Assembly (NCBI RefSeq): GCF_009914755.1
Contig: NC_060947.1
Direction: 5' to 3' (one strand)
DNA length: 64,000 bases
Source of the DNA: the human T2T-CHM13v2.0 reference genome, Homo sapiens
The notes under the pieces were generated by a model. That model had not been told where the DNA came from, did no database searches, and saw only the letters and a list, made by a program, of their open reading frames with translations. A program made the position numbers and the translations under genes. Below are positions 24,678 to 39,043 of the stretch, in pieces (the first letter of the stretch is position 1; every line of letters begins with the position of its first letter).

Positions 24678-26972
24678 TCAGAAGTACAGTTGCTGGTTCA
24701 TATGGTAGTTCTATTTTTATTTTTTAAAAGAACCTCCATACTGTTTTCTATAGTGGATGTACCAATTTACCACCCCCACCAGTGTATAAGGATTTCCCCT
24801 CTCTATATCCTCACCAACATTTCCTATCTCTTGTCTTTTTGATAATAGACATTCTAACAGATGTGAAGTAATAGCCCATTGTAGTTCTGCTTTGCATTTC
24901 CCTGATGATTGGCAATGTTAAGCATTTTTTTGTATAACTATTGGCCATTTATATGTTTTCTTTTGAGAAATGTCTATTCATACCTCTTGCTCATTTTAAA
25001 ATCAGGTTATTGGGATTTTGTTTTTGTTGAGTTGTTTGAATTCCTTGTATATTTCAGATATTAACTCCTTATTGGATGTACGGTTTGCAAATATTTTCTC
25101 CCAATCCATAGGTTGTCTCCTCACTCTGCTAATTGTTTCTTTTGTGCAGAAGCTTTTTAGCTCGACACAATAGCATTTCTCTATTTTTGCTTTTGTTGCT
25201 TGTGATTTTGAGGTCACATCCAAAAAATCAGGGCCTAGACCAATGCCAAGAATCTTTTTCACTATGTTTTCTTCTAGTAATTTTGTAGTTTTGGGCCTTA
25301 CATTTAAGTCTTTAATCCATTTTGAATTCATTTTTGTATATGTTGCAAGGGTCTAATTTCATTCCTCTGAAAGTGGATCCCTAGTTGTCCTAACACCCTT
25401 TATTGAAGAGACTATCCTTTCCACATTGCGTGTTCCTGACCCCTTTGTCAAAGATCAATTGACTTTAAATGTGTGGATTTATTTCTGGGCTCTCTATTCT
25501 GTTTCAGTGATGTATATATTTGTTTTTAATGCCATTATCATACTGTTTTGATTAATATAGCTTTGTAATATATTTTGAATCAGGAAGTATGATGCCTCCA
25601 GCTTCGTTCTGTTTGTTCAGATTTGTTTTGGCTATTTGGATTCTTGGCTATTTGGATCTTTTGCAGTTCCATATACATTTTAGGATTATTTTTTCTATTG
25701 CTGTGAAAAATGCCATTGGAATTTTTATAGGAATTGCATTGAATCTGTGGAAAGCTTTGGGTAGTATAGATATTTTAATAATATGAATTCTTCCAATCCA
25801 TCAACACAGGTTATCTTTCCATTTATTTGTGTCTGCTTCTATTTATTTCATCAAAATTGAATAGTTTTCAATGCATAGACCTTTTACCTTTTGAATTAAA
25901 CTTATTTCTAAGTATTTTACTTTTCTGATGTTATGGTAAATAGAATTATTTTCTTAACTGTTTTTGGATACTTCATTGTTTGGATGTAGAAATGCAGCAG
26001 ATTTTGTATGTTGACTTTATATCCTGAAACTTTGCTGACTTAGTTCTACCAATTTTTTTTTGGTGGAGTCTTTATGGTTTTCTGTATATAACACCATGTC
26101 ATCTGCAAGCAGAGACAATTTCACATCTTCCTTTCTGATTTGGATGTCTTTTATTTCTTTTTCTTGCCTAATTGCTCTGGTTAGAACTTCTAGTACCATG
26201 TTAATAGGAGTGTTGAGAGTAGGTTTCTTTGAATCATTCCTGATATTACAGGAAAAACTTTCATGTTTTCACCATTGAGAAAGGTGTTGGCTGTGTGCTT
26301 GTTATATAGGGCCTTTGTTATATTGAAGTACATTTCTTCTCTACCTAATTAATTGAGAGTATTTTCATGAACAGATATTGAATTTTATCAAATGCCTTTT
26401 CTGCCTCTATTGAGTTAATCATATGATTTGTATCTTTCCTCCTGTTAATGTATCCACTAGGTTGGGCCTGTTTATACAGTTTATGGTGACAGGTGTGGAG
26501 CCTGGGTTCATGGAGGGGCGCCTGCAGCCTTTTTCCATGGGGTTTGGCCTATAATCTAGACCCGTGGAAGCCATCTCCCACTGGGGTAGGCCTGTAAGCT
26601 GGGTCCATAGGTGCTGCCCTGGACCCTGGAGCTGTAGTGGCCAGCCTGGAGCCTAAGGCCAAGAGGACCAACTTAGCACTGAGGTGGGCCTGGAGCCTGG
26701 CACCACAGGGGTGAGCCTGGAGCTGGAGTATGCAGGCGTTGGCCTACTCCTGAGGCAGGCCTGGAACCTGGGTCTCCTGGGGTAAGCTTGGATCCTGGAG
26801 CTTGGAGACCATCCTGGGCTAGGTCAGGCCTAGAACCTTGAGCCACAGGAGCCAGCCTGGAGCCTGGGGCTATGGGGACTGGCTTGTTACTGGGTATTAT
26901 TGGGACAGGCCGAGTGCTGAGGTTTGCAGTAACATTGGATGCTTACTTCACTCTCCTTTCCCCATGGGTAGA

Positions 26973-27348
26973 TGATATGGTTTGGCTGTGTCCCCACCCG
27001 AATCTCATCTTGAATTGTAGCTCCCATAATTCCCATGTATTGTGGGAGAAACTGGGTGGGAGATAATTGAATCATGAGGGCGGTTTCCCCCATACTGTTC
27101 TCGTGGTAGTTAATAAGTGTCACAAGATCTGATGGTTTTATAAGGGGAAGCCCCTTTTACTTGGTTCTTATTCTCTCTTTGCCTGCTGCCAAACATGTGA
27201 GACTTGACTTTGCTCCTCCTTGCCTTTCACCATGATTGTGAAGCCTCCCCAGCCATGTGGAACTGTGAGTCCATTAAACCTCTTTTTCTTTATAAATTAC
27301 CCAACCTCAGGTATGTCTTTATCAGCCACATGAAAACAGACTAATACA
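26973..27348 (+). mobile_element. THE1 solo LTR (MaLR)
   Basis: tgatatggtttggctgtgtcccc...ctaataca; 5-bp TSD gtaga/ggaga. Confidence 0.92.
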
Positions 27349-28620
27349 GGAGAGTATCTCTCTCCACGCTGTGCTGCCTAGACTTGGGGGAGAGGTGATG
27401 TGGGTAATCTGAAACTGTTCTTCTTACCCTTTTCAGTGCATTTTTTTTCCTATTTATGTGTTTCCTCTAGGTGTTGTAATCTCTCATCTGGATTCCTTAG
27501 CGCCTATGAAGGTGTTTTCATGTGTGGACAATTGTTCAAATTGAATCCTATTCCACCATCTTGCTGATGTCACTTCTGAGGTTGTCTATTCATAAAAACC
27601 ACACCAATAATGTGTTTACAACATTTTAGGGAACATCTGGTTAAGTTGCAAAACCTAAAATTGTGTGTTTAGTAGCCTCACTACACTATCTTCTGAGTAG
27701 GTAGTTGAGCATCAATGACTAAGACTGTATTTATATCAATGCTGGTGACAAGTCTATCTGCCAATTTTGCCATACAGAGGCAAAGTTATGATATGTACTC
27801 CATACAGGAAAAAAGGGGGGGGTAATGTTTTCATGCTAAATTACTGTCATGTTAGCAGGCCATTGTACTCATATCCTTATAATGAAATAGGTTCATCCTC
27901 CCTTTTGTGTTCCTGCTATAGTTTATTCCAGACTCATGCAAATAGTATAAATATAAGGTCCCTATATAGTATACATATAAGGTAATACCTCTCTTGTTCT
28001 TCCAAATGAAAAGCCACTGAAGAATGTAGTATGAGTATGGGGACTACGTGCTATTTATTACTGTCTTCTGCCTTTGTTATAGATGCTGTTTAGCTTTCCT
28101 TCAAATGAATAATATTTCTTACATATCAACTCTATTTTCACAGTTTGGTCATGCACTTTCTAGTATTTCAGAGAGAAGCACGCTGAAGAGATCATGAAAT
28201 CCAAGGTGGTATTTTCTTCTCATGATGAAAGATTATATATGTAGCCAATGACACAACACAGGAATAATTAAGAAAACATAGCCTATCAATGAGAGTTATC
28301 ACAGAGAGGTGGCATTTTTCCAAGGTAATAGCACTCATGCCATTTATTCAGATAACCCATCTGGATCCATCCTTTCTTAGTAGTTAGTGCCCTGTAAAAC
28401 TGGCATATTTTATTATGAATGGACACAATGCCATACAAACACATGGACAAAACTGTAGATAAGCCAGAGATGCGTAATTGGTACTTTGTTCAATAAGGCT
28501 GGATTTCTGCCAGAATTTCCAATACAATTGTCTTCTACTAGTTTATGTTTCCAAATCAAAGGAATCGTAGTTTTATAGCTTCAGAATTCAAGTTTAAACT
28601 CTGAGGCTCCTAAAGTTAGT

Positions 28621-28671
<51 letters not shown>
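28621..28671. repeat. (GA)n microsatellite
   Basis: Read directly from the sequence. Confidence 0.95.
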
Positions 28672-28673
<2 letters not shown>

Positions 28674-29209
28674 ATATAAATACATTTCTATGTGAGTGTC
28701 AATTTAAATCAGATAATGAAAAGAATGAAAAAGTCAAGTTCACATGGAAAAAAGATCTTTGCTTTACACGGTGAACATTTTTTCTTCAACTTTACTATAT
28801 AGTTAAAGCCTTATCCATTCATATGCTTCTTTGAAACCTCAATTTAAGTGTAACATTTAGGTAAAATTCTTCCACTCACTCAGTCCCAAGCTGCAAAGGA
28901 AAATAGGCTTTAAGAAAACTGTTCAGCTTGCAAATTAATTATATGCAATAAAAGGGTCACAAAACTTGTAGTAGACACCTGCAAAAATGAGAAACTCAAG
29001 ATTATGGTTTCCTGCTTTCCAATCTCTTCTAAAATAATACCACACACACATAAAAAAAATTGGTGAAGAATACATATAAAACTCATTTTCTGATGTTGTT
29101 AAAACACTTGTTTCCTATCCCCACTGACCACATATTTTGATTCATTGCTACAGGTGGGGGTAATTATATTATGTTTCAGGAAATTTCATTGTTCACACAC
29201 TTGAATTAT

Positions 29210-29295
29210 TTTAATGCACTTTGAAGAAAGTGCATTAAATCTTATTGTCAAATAAGATTGTCAAAGTGCATTAATCTTATTGTCAAATAAGATTG
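29210..29295. repeat. 13-bp-stem hairpin plus ~35-bp tandem duplication
   Basis: tttaatgcacttt-gaag-aaagtgcattaaa; unit aaagtgcattaa(a)tcttattgtcaaataagattg at 29227 and 29263. Confidence 0.9.
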
Positions 29296-30035
29296 ATTTC
29301 AATCATTTAAAAAATGTTTATTTGGGGTTTCTTACTGGCCCTTCAGTAGCAAATCCAATAATAATATTTTTACCTTTTTAGAAAGAATTTCCCATGTTTT
29401 CTGTGTGCCCTTGCCAAAAGTCCCAAGGAGACTGAGGGTAGTAAAATAATTTTTATCTTTGAACTGCACACACACAAAAACTCAATTTAATTAATTTCTC
29501 CTTTAGAGAAGTTTCAATTTGTCTTTTCTGGTCTGTGTGACTTCAAATAAATGGTTTATGCCACACTGTTTACTTTTCAATTTATTATTTTGTTATGGCT
29601 TTAAATTAGGATTAATAGGGAAGAAGATTCACAGATATCATTTATATGGTTTATATAAAGATATGAGGGTCAGAATCTGATCTTAGGCTCTCCAGAACCA
29701 TTCAACCTGAGGAATAGATTGTGAAATTCTTGATTGACAGTCTATTTGCATACAGCATAAACAAAAGAAATGAAACAGCAAAATGATGGTTAGGCATATA
29801 TTCATAATATTTTAGACCACACATTTAAAAAAAAATGTTAAATTCTATATTTTGCTTTTCACCATCATACAGAAAATTTAAGTTATAAATTATAAATTAA
29901 CTCATCAATCACAATAGAGCAATAATATAATTAATCCAAGCATTGCATTGGCAAATAATGATTTAATAATATATTTTGATTAATAACTTTAGTCTATATT
30001 TGTCTTCCTGACTTTTCTATATCAACTCAGAGGGT

Positions 30036-30407
<372 letters not shown>

Positions 30408-30596
30408 TAGAGTTCAAATTTTATCTGGGAAATGTCTTTGATAAATCAAGCATTCACAAAGCATAATGAAATTACTATACTTCTGAAACTACACGATTTA
30501 AGCGTTTGGAAATAAGAGAACTGAAGGAAAAGAGTCAAGTTCTTTTTTCTTATTTATGTAGGTACTTTATTACAGAATTCTGAGGCTAAGAAGCAC

Positions 30597-31300
30597 TTTA
30601 GGCTTGTTTGTTTACTTTTTAATTATTTTCTTCTGAGGCTGCACCTTTAATATGCCATTTTCACCAGATGTTGCAAGCTCATTTGGTATCTAGTGAATTT
30701 CCTACTGGAGATCTCAAACAACTTGATGCCATGCCATATATTTTGTGCTGTAGTTCCACGAAATAAATATGGTTTAGATATAGTGTTAGGGCCTTTGGGT
30801 GGCATATTGGAATTGCCCTCTTGAGATGCATGAGACATACAATAGGAATGTTCATTATACTTGTTCTTCAGCCTATAGGCACTTCCAATATTGTTAGTCC
30901 CTTACTTTATCCCTTTTGCCATTAACTTATTTCCGATCCAAGTTAGTTTCCATAGACTATCACTTTATTATCTTTACAATATTTTCAAGTTCCTTTCTTC
31001 TTTATCCTTTCACTGTATTCACCTGGCAAGAAGCCAATTTTGTCAGGACTACCAAATATACTTATGCGGGTTGTTCAGAGGTTGTGTGGTTCAGACCACT
31101 AAAGGCCCTAACACAGTCCCTAAACCATATTGATTTTGTGGAACCACAGCACAAAATATATGGTATAGTATCAAGTTGTTTGAGGTCTCCAGTAGGAAAT
31201 TCACTAGATACTAAGTAAGCTTACAACATCTGATGAAAATGCCATTTTAAAGGTGTAGCCTCCGAAGAAAATAATTGAAAAGGAAACAAACAAGCTTAAA
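30597..31300. repeat. 200-bp gapless inverted repeat with 304-bp spacer
   Basis: 30597-30796 versus reverse complement of 31101-31300: 177/200 identical by hand alignment. Confidence 0.95.
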
Positions 31301-31959
31301 ACATAAGTGTTACTCTCTAGGGTAGTTTAATGGACAACTTGCATAATTATTTGATGTAGCTGTACCCGGGTCTAACTTTGTATTCTCTGTACTATCTTCT
31401 GATTACTGAACATGAGACAAAACTCACACCATCATACCAACTGCCACCAATACAGATCCAACCTAAAGAGAGCCACAGTAACAATAAATAATCTTTTTAC
31501 CTTCATCAACTATGTCTCCCATTCTCCACAGTGGCTATTCTCCATTCTGCTCAAATTTCTGCTTTGCCATCTATTTCCCTCCCTTTGATCAGATGAATGT
31601 GAATTCTTCTTCATTAAGAAAATATGAGAAAGGTATTGCGTTACGGTATTGCCATCAGTTCTGGAATATTATCTGTATATTCTTCCCCTCCTCACTTTTT
31701 AGAATCAAAGCAATATCCGGCATCCTTTGTAACAATAGTAACAATAATCCTTCCACCTATAATCTGCCTCCTATTTCCCCCCTCATTTCAGCAACCTATC
31801 TTTATTATCCTCCCTCCTTGATCTTCAGTCTCTTCTATATTGACACCTTCTCATCACCACTTATATCTTCTTAAACCTCTTTCCATGTAAAAAACAACAG
31901 CAAAAAAAAAAAAAATCAATTAAACAAACAAACAAAAACCCTCCACATTTTCCACGTAT

Positions 31960-33800
31960 CTCATACTTGTAACAACCAAACCTCATGAATGGGTTATCTG
32001 GTCTTATGATCTTCATTATTTTACCTGTTCCTTATTCCTAATCCCGCTACCCTCTGGCTCCAGCCACTTCTATGAAATTGCTTGTGCAAAGGTCACCTAG
32101 AAATTTTTCGTTGTGTACCTAATGAATACTTCTCTGTATTTACCTTATTTGATTTCTCCATTTCATCTGTCAATGCTGATCGTTCCCTTCTTCTTACATT
32201 GCCTTCTTTAGATTCTGTGACATCACTTTCTCCTAGTTTTTCTTCTCTAGCTGCTTAGTCACTTTCCTTCAGAGGCTCCTTATTTCCTCTCTGCCTCTTA
32301 AATAGTATTGTTTTCAAAAAAATTTTCTAAGCCCTCTTTTGATTCTGCACATTCTCTCTGAGCTATATCATCCATTTCTATACCTTCAATATACTGATGA
32401 TGCCTACATCTATAACTGCAGCCTACATATCTGTCCTTAGTTATAGAGGCAAAAATGCACATCTCTCAAATGGACATGTTCACTTCAGTGGTCCACAGAT
32501 GCGTAACACTTAACATGACTCATATTAAACTCCTTCAACTCAAGCTTCCCATTAGGATCCTCCTTCATTGTAACAAAAGGAACAGGATCTTAAGCCACCC
32601 AGTAACCCCCATGAGAAACCTGGCTTCTTTGTCTTCCTCACCCTTCCTCCATAATAGTTCACCAAGCAAGCAGCCATTCGTCCTGTTTAATATCTATATA
32701 ATCAGACTCTTACTTTCTTCCATTGCTGCCACTGCCGTAGTTTACTTGTTTCAGCCTGAATTATGCCAACAGTCTTTTCCTCTACATCCACTGTTGCCCC
32801 CAACTTTCTCCCCGGTCAGCGAAGGTCGGCATTTTTTTTTTTTAATTGAGACAGGATCTCACTCTGTCACTCAGACTGGAGTGCAATCTCGGCTCCCTGC
32901 AACCTCCTCCTCCTGGGCTCAAATGTTGCTCCTGCCTCAGCCTCCCGGGTAGCTGGGACCACAGGCGTGTGCCACCACACCCAGCTAATTTTTAAAACAT
33001 TTTTTTGGTAGAGACAGGGTTTTGCTATATTGCCCAGGTTGGTCTCAAACTCCTGGGGTCAAGCAATGCACCCGCCTAGGCCTCCCAAAATGCTGGGATT
33101 ACAGGCGTGAGCCACTGCACTCGGCCCAAGGTCAGCATTTTAAAATAGCATTTTAATAAGGCTCCTTATTCCTCAGTTCCTTAACCTTGCTGCGCTATCT
33201 CTCATATCCAGGCCTTTGCTGTTCCCTCTACCTGGGACACTATTAACCACCACCGTTCCTTCCCGATATCCTAGCTAATGCCTTGTCATTCTTCATGGCT
33301 CACATTTTCTGGGAAGTCTTTCCTGAATTTCAAAGTATGCTTCAGAGGTTTCTCTTAGCGCTCATGTCATTTATAGCACTTAACACCACAATTTTTAATT
33401 ATCTATCCAACTGTAAAATTTTCTGTTTACTTCTCTCAGATTTCACACAGTTTCTGGTCTGTGCCTACCTCTCCAGTCTCTTGGCCCACCATTCTCAGCA
33501 CAGTGCTCTATGTCCTAGCCACTCAGACCTTCTTTCATTTCCTGGATCATTAGACTCCCAGCCACGCCTGAGTATTTGCCCATGATATTCTTATGGCTCG
33601 AATACCCCCACTCCCAATTTTCCTAGTTTACTCCTTCTTTTCCTTCATTTGTGGAGACAAACTTCACTTCCACAGGGAAGCCCTCTCTATCTAATCCACC
33701 AGATTGTCACTGACCACCCTGTTTTGCCTTCATAGCATTTATCAGAGTTTAAAGTTATATGTGTCTATGAATTATTTGACTAATGTCTATATACTCCACA
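31960..33800. mobile_element. L2 fragments
   Basis: Pyrimidine-rich L2-like motifs ('caaaggtcacc', 'tctcaaatggacatgttcactt', 'ctttgctgttccctctacctgg'). Confidence 0.65.
32832..33127 (-). mobile_element. AluJ
   Basis: Diverged dimer; TSD aaggtc(g/a)gcatttt. Confidence 0.9.
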
Positions 33801-34017
33801 AAACAAAGTTCTAAGAGATCTCTAGTCCCCATCATGTAAATTGATTAATGAGAAATTAAATACAAGCTGTGTCTGCAGAAATCTTCTGTTTAATGAGTAA
33901 ATATTTTCAAATAAGGGTGACACGCTAACCTCCAATCAAGCATAAATACCTTTCTACAGATTAACACACAACCTTTGAAAAATGTACATGCTTCTAAGGG
34001 AATAAATGCACAAAACA

Positions 34018-34399
<382 letters not shown>

Positions 34400-35368
34400 T
34401 AGAGCATCAAAGTGTATTTTCTCATTTGTAAGATGAGAAACATACTAGTACCTATCTCAAAGGGTAGCTGTGGAGATTAATGAGTACTTCGCATAATGCA
34501 TGTAACTAAATAAGCAATCAGTAAGTGTTATGCACTCAATTTTCTTCACCAAATATTAATTGGAGTGAGTTGGCAACATAATGGAATCAGACACTCAAGA
34601 TAAGTAAAAAGGAAACTCCAAAGTATGGTAAGAGGATGCTGGATAAAAACTCCAGCATCTGAATTTAGGGCTCACTTTGAATAATAAAGCAAATCCTGGG
34701 ACCTTAAGTCATTTCCTCAAAATGCTACTGTTCTTCCAGACTTCATTATCTTCAGATATGGCTCATTCAAGAAAAGTCAGGATAAATACTTGACATTTCT
34801 CTTTACTCCTCCATTTTCAGGATGGTACACATGGGAACAACTCAGACCAAGGGTCAGACTTTTTAAAACTAGGCTTTGAAGACCTTAAAGAATTTCATGA
34901 TCTGACTCAATAGGGCTTCGTTTTGGTCATACTTCTTGTGTTTTTAAGTAACCTCTAGCAGTGGGAAATTGTCTTAATGAATGTCTGACACCATATGGTT
35001 GTATATGTGTGTATATATTAGATTACATATACAGATATTATTGTATTATGCCTTGCTTTTCACTTATTGTAATTTGGAGAGCTTTCTATATGAGCACGTA
35101 GAATTCTGCTTCATTCTTTTTAATAGATACATATTATTCCATTGTAATGAGGAATTTTAACTTAAATTAGTATAACCTTATCACTGTCAATGGATCATTA
35201 ACAGTGTTTTGCTATTTCAAACAATGTTGCAGTGAACATACTGGTAACCATATCTTGCCATACTTTTGTGAGTATAATCAAACAGTAGATTCTAAGCAAT
35301 AGGTTTGCTGGGTCAAAGGTATACATACATATATCTTTAAATTTTCAAGTGCATTTAGTAGCTGCTTG

Positions 35369-35450
35369 TTGAATGAATGTCCAGTGACATTCATTCAAGC
35401 AGAGAGCAGTTCTTACTAAAAAATCGAACCTGCTGGTGCTTGGATATAGA
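35369..35450. repeat. 13-bp-stem hairpin fused to a 54-bp copy of 36411-36464
   Basis: ttgaatgaatgtc-cagt-gacattcattcaa; 35397-35450 matches 36411-36464 at 46/54 without gaps. Confidence 0.85.
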
Positions 35451-36171
35451 GTGATTATGGAACACATGTATCAAAATATTTTGAGGTGGAGGTGGGAGGC
35501 CTTCTGCATTTGGCTCATTTTAGGGTAAGTTTTCTTTTTCAATTTGTAAATTTATATAAATGGTATGTATAACTGGCTACACAAAAATAGTTCAAGCGCA
35601 ATACTGCTTGTTAATCTGCTACTATTGAAAATGTTTCACTACCTCTAACTTCACCCACTTTTTAATATTTTCTTTACCCTTCCCAAGGCCGGCATGACTG
35701 AAGGAAAAAGAAAATTCTGTGTAAATTTGAATATCAGCTCAGTTCTTAACAATTTTCACAGCTTATTTTTGAAAGAATGCTTCACCACCCCCACACACTT
35801 CATCTCTATATTTACTGACTCTCCCAAAATCTGAGCATCTTCATTGAATGTCTTAAGAGAGAATTTCTTGTACAATTTGCATGGTCTACATTCTCAAAAT
35901 TGTATGTCATTTGACTAGGTTGAAATAATTTGAAAAAAAGTTAGAAAGCAGATAGAAAGTTACCAATCCTATTTATTCAAAGAAACAGTAAATCTGGGCA
36001 ACTGTGTTTTCATAGCACATTCTATTTGACTGGAAGATAACTCAAACAGACTGCCAGGAGAGAGAAAGAAAGGAACATTACAAGATGGTAACTAAAAGAT
36101 CTGAGTCTCATATTAAAACAATCTACTAATAAACACCCAGTCTCTATAGCAAAGCAAATGAGGTCACTTTC

Positions 36172-36553
36172 TGCTATGGTTTGAATGTGTAGCCTCCAAA
36201 ATTCAGGTGTTGCCAATGTGATGGCATTAAGAGATAAGGCCTTGAAGAGGTGATTAGGCCGGAGGGCTCCTCTCTGTCTTTAATGGGATTAAGGCTCTTA
36301 TAAAAGTGACTTCACACGACGTTCAGCCTCCTTGACCTTCAACCTTCTGCCATGTGAGAAAACAGCATTTCTTCCCCTCTAGAAGATGAAGCAGTAAGGA
36401 GCCATCTTAGAAGCAGAGAACAGTTCTTACCAAACAACTGAACCTGCTGGTGCTTTGGTCTAGAAATTCCCAGCCTCCAGAACTGTGGGAAATAAGTTTC
36501 TGTTCTTTGTAAATTACCCAGTCTCAGCTATTCTAACAGTACAAACAAAGACA
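36172..36553 (+). mobile_element. MaLR LTR (MSTC/MSTD-like)
   Basis: tgctatggtttgaatgtgt...cccagcctccagaactgtgggaaataag...aagaca. Confidence 0.85.
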
Positions 36554-36902
36554 TCTTCCCTTTTTCCATGCATAACATCATGGTGCCCTTGATGATTTGT
36601 TTTAAATTTCAAGGCTAACCTTAATTTTCCTTTGAGTCTGATTTCACTGAGAACAGTGAGTTTTTGGGGCATAGGAATAAGGAGGTAACATTTGTTGGGA
36701 AAAAGCTCTGTGATATCCTCCGAGTTCTATCTCCGTTTGGCACAGGCTCTTCTCCTAACTGCACATAGGTACATCCTGTATAGCAATCCTACCCATCCTT
36801 ATTGAGTATTATTGACAGTTTGTGCTTTCCACCACTATGGGTTTCTTGAGAAAAACAGGCTCTAAGTGTCCTCTTCCCCCAACTAGAGAGAGGGTGTAAG
36901 TC

Positions 36903-36936
36903 TGCAATTTTTCACTTTAGCCACTAGATGGCAAAT
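36903..36936 (+). promoter_or_regulatory. Candidate CTCF site (core plus upstream motif)
   Basis: Core ccactagatggca at 36921-36933 fits CCASYAGRKGGCR; 'tgcaatt' at 36903 lies in the upstream-motif position. Confidence 0.65.
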
Positions 36937-38140
36937 GTGCAACAGTAAGCCATAATGCTGCTGGGTTTTCAAAATCCCCCAAGGGAATTCTAATAGGTTT
37001 AGGATTAAGGCAGTGAAAAGTGAAATATTGGTGTTTTAAAACACAAGGCAATGACTGTTTCAGTGAAATAAGGGGTAAATTGAACACAGCCCAATGCAAA
37101 CATAATGAAGACATCTCCTTGGCAATTTGTTAACACATTCTTATTGACAAGCATCCAGATTGCCTCATTGCTTGACAAAACTGCCTCAATTTCAGAGTAT
37201 AATTAGTGGTTCAGAACAAAAGCCATACACTGCAAGTGGGTAATGGAGTTCCTCTGGGTTATGTTTCCAGGTTCATGTTATGAGCTACTTGTGCGGACCA
37301 AAATGGTCTCATCAGGCTAGATATCCCTAGATATCTAGATTTGTTCTAATTCTTAAAGATTGCTTAAGAATGTCTAATTTGTTTATATATCTTCATTTCA
37401 TTTGACCCAGTAATTCCACACCTGGGAGACTATTCTGAGAAAAAAAATGCCAATTACAGAAAAGATATTTACAATCTGATCTTTAAAGTGTTATTATATC
37501 TAAACATCAGAAACAACTGAATTGTCTAATACTAGGGGAAAGGTTAAGAAAAATGTTGTTGTTTCCATGTAATGGAATTTAATGCCTCTATTTAAAATAA
37601 TGTCCGTTAAATTTTGTAGTAATACGGAACATCTTTATAGTGTAAAAGATTAGAAAACAAGATTTAAACTGTCTACATGGTATATTAAAAATAATATACT
37701 TAGAAGAATGACTAGAGGAAAACATACTAAAACATTATGAGTCATCTCTGAGGGTTGAGCCTGTGAATTATTTTTCCTTCTTCCTATTTGTCCTTGTTTC
37801 CCAAATGGTCTATAATTTTTCTAAATGTTCTATCATGAGCATGTATTATTTTTAGCCTGAAAAATAATGCAAATATGCAAAAAGGGGAAATGTATTTGAA
37901 AGGCAGTTCAGCAAGTTGAAGACAGAAGCAAAATATGACAGAAGTTGCATATTTTAATTTTTCTCTAATGATCTATTTTTAGGGGTGATAATTTGGGAAA
38001 GAAGGGACATAAAGTAGTGGCATCTTGAGGTAACTAACTTCCACCTGTTCAAGCAAAGTTGACTTCTTCCTCTTTGCAAGAGAAGTAGTCGTTCTCTCCA
38101 GATATATGTGAGTTTATTGCTAGATAAATCATTTCTTCCA

Positions 38141-38429
38141 TTTTTTTTAAGAGACAGTCTTGCTCTGTAGCCCAGGTTGGAGAGCAGTGGCACAATTATG
38201 GCTGCAGCCTCGACCTCCCACGCTCAAGCAATCCTCCTACCTCAGCCTCCTTGAGTAGCTTGGACCACAGGCACACACCACCATGCCAGGCTAATTTTTT
38301 TGTTTTTTTTTAAAGAGATAGAGTCTCCTTATGTTCCCCAGTCTGTTCTTGAACTCCTGGCCTCAAGTGATCCTTCCACCTCAGCCTCCCGAAGTGCTGG
38401 ATTACGGGCATGAGGTGCCATGCCCAGCC
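38141..38429 (-). mobile_element. AluJ
   Basis: Diverged minus-strand dimer. Confidence 0.9.
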
Positions 38430-39043
38430 TATTTCTAGATAAATCTAAATTGGTATGGAAGAAGAGGTAGAGTGTCACCGCCCTTTAAATTATTGTTCAA
38501 AACCTGTACTTTCATTGCAGATGAGTGAACAATTACATTTCCCTTATTATGTCTTCTTCTTGTAATCTCCTTTCATTTATTAATTCATTTAAAATAATTA
38601 TCAAGCACCTACAGCCAGTCAGACATTGTGCTAGGTACTGAGACACAGTAGTGAATGAAATAATTCTTGAGGGACAATGATAATAAACAAATAACCAAAC
38701 ACATCTGTAATTTGGAAGAAAAGAAAGTTATTTTTGTATGTTTTTTAAAAATTCACATTAAATGTGTCCTAGCTAAGAAAAAAATAACTGTTTTATGCAA
38801 TTTCAGAATTCTAAGCAACCACACAACTTAATTCCCTATTCATATTGATTAAATAGAGTTTATGATGTTTGATATTTAAGGGAGTTTATTCAATATAGTC
38901 AACTTAGTATAAACAATTTGCTGTTATGATTTTTAAATAGGCATTTTCCTGGAATTATCTTTAGGATTCTCTTAAGAATTTATTTAATGATACACAGCTT
39001 TCTTGAATAAACAATACCCCAAAGTAGCTTGTTTAATAAACTA

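Noticed and set aside
26440-26470. Spliced-L1 interpretation of the 5'UTR/ORF2 junction
   Set aside because: No canonical acceptor AG at the ORF2 entry point, as far as I can reconstruct it.
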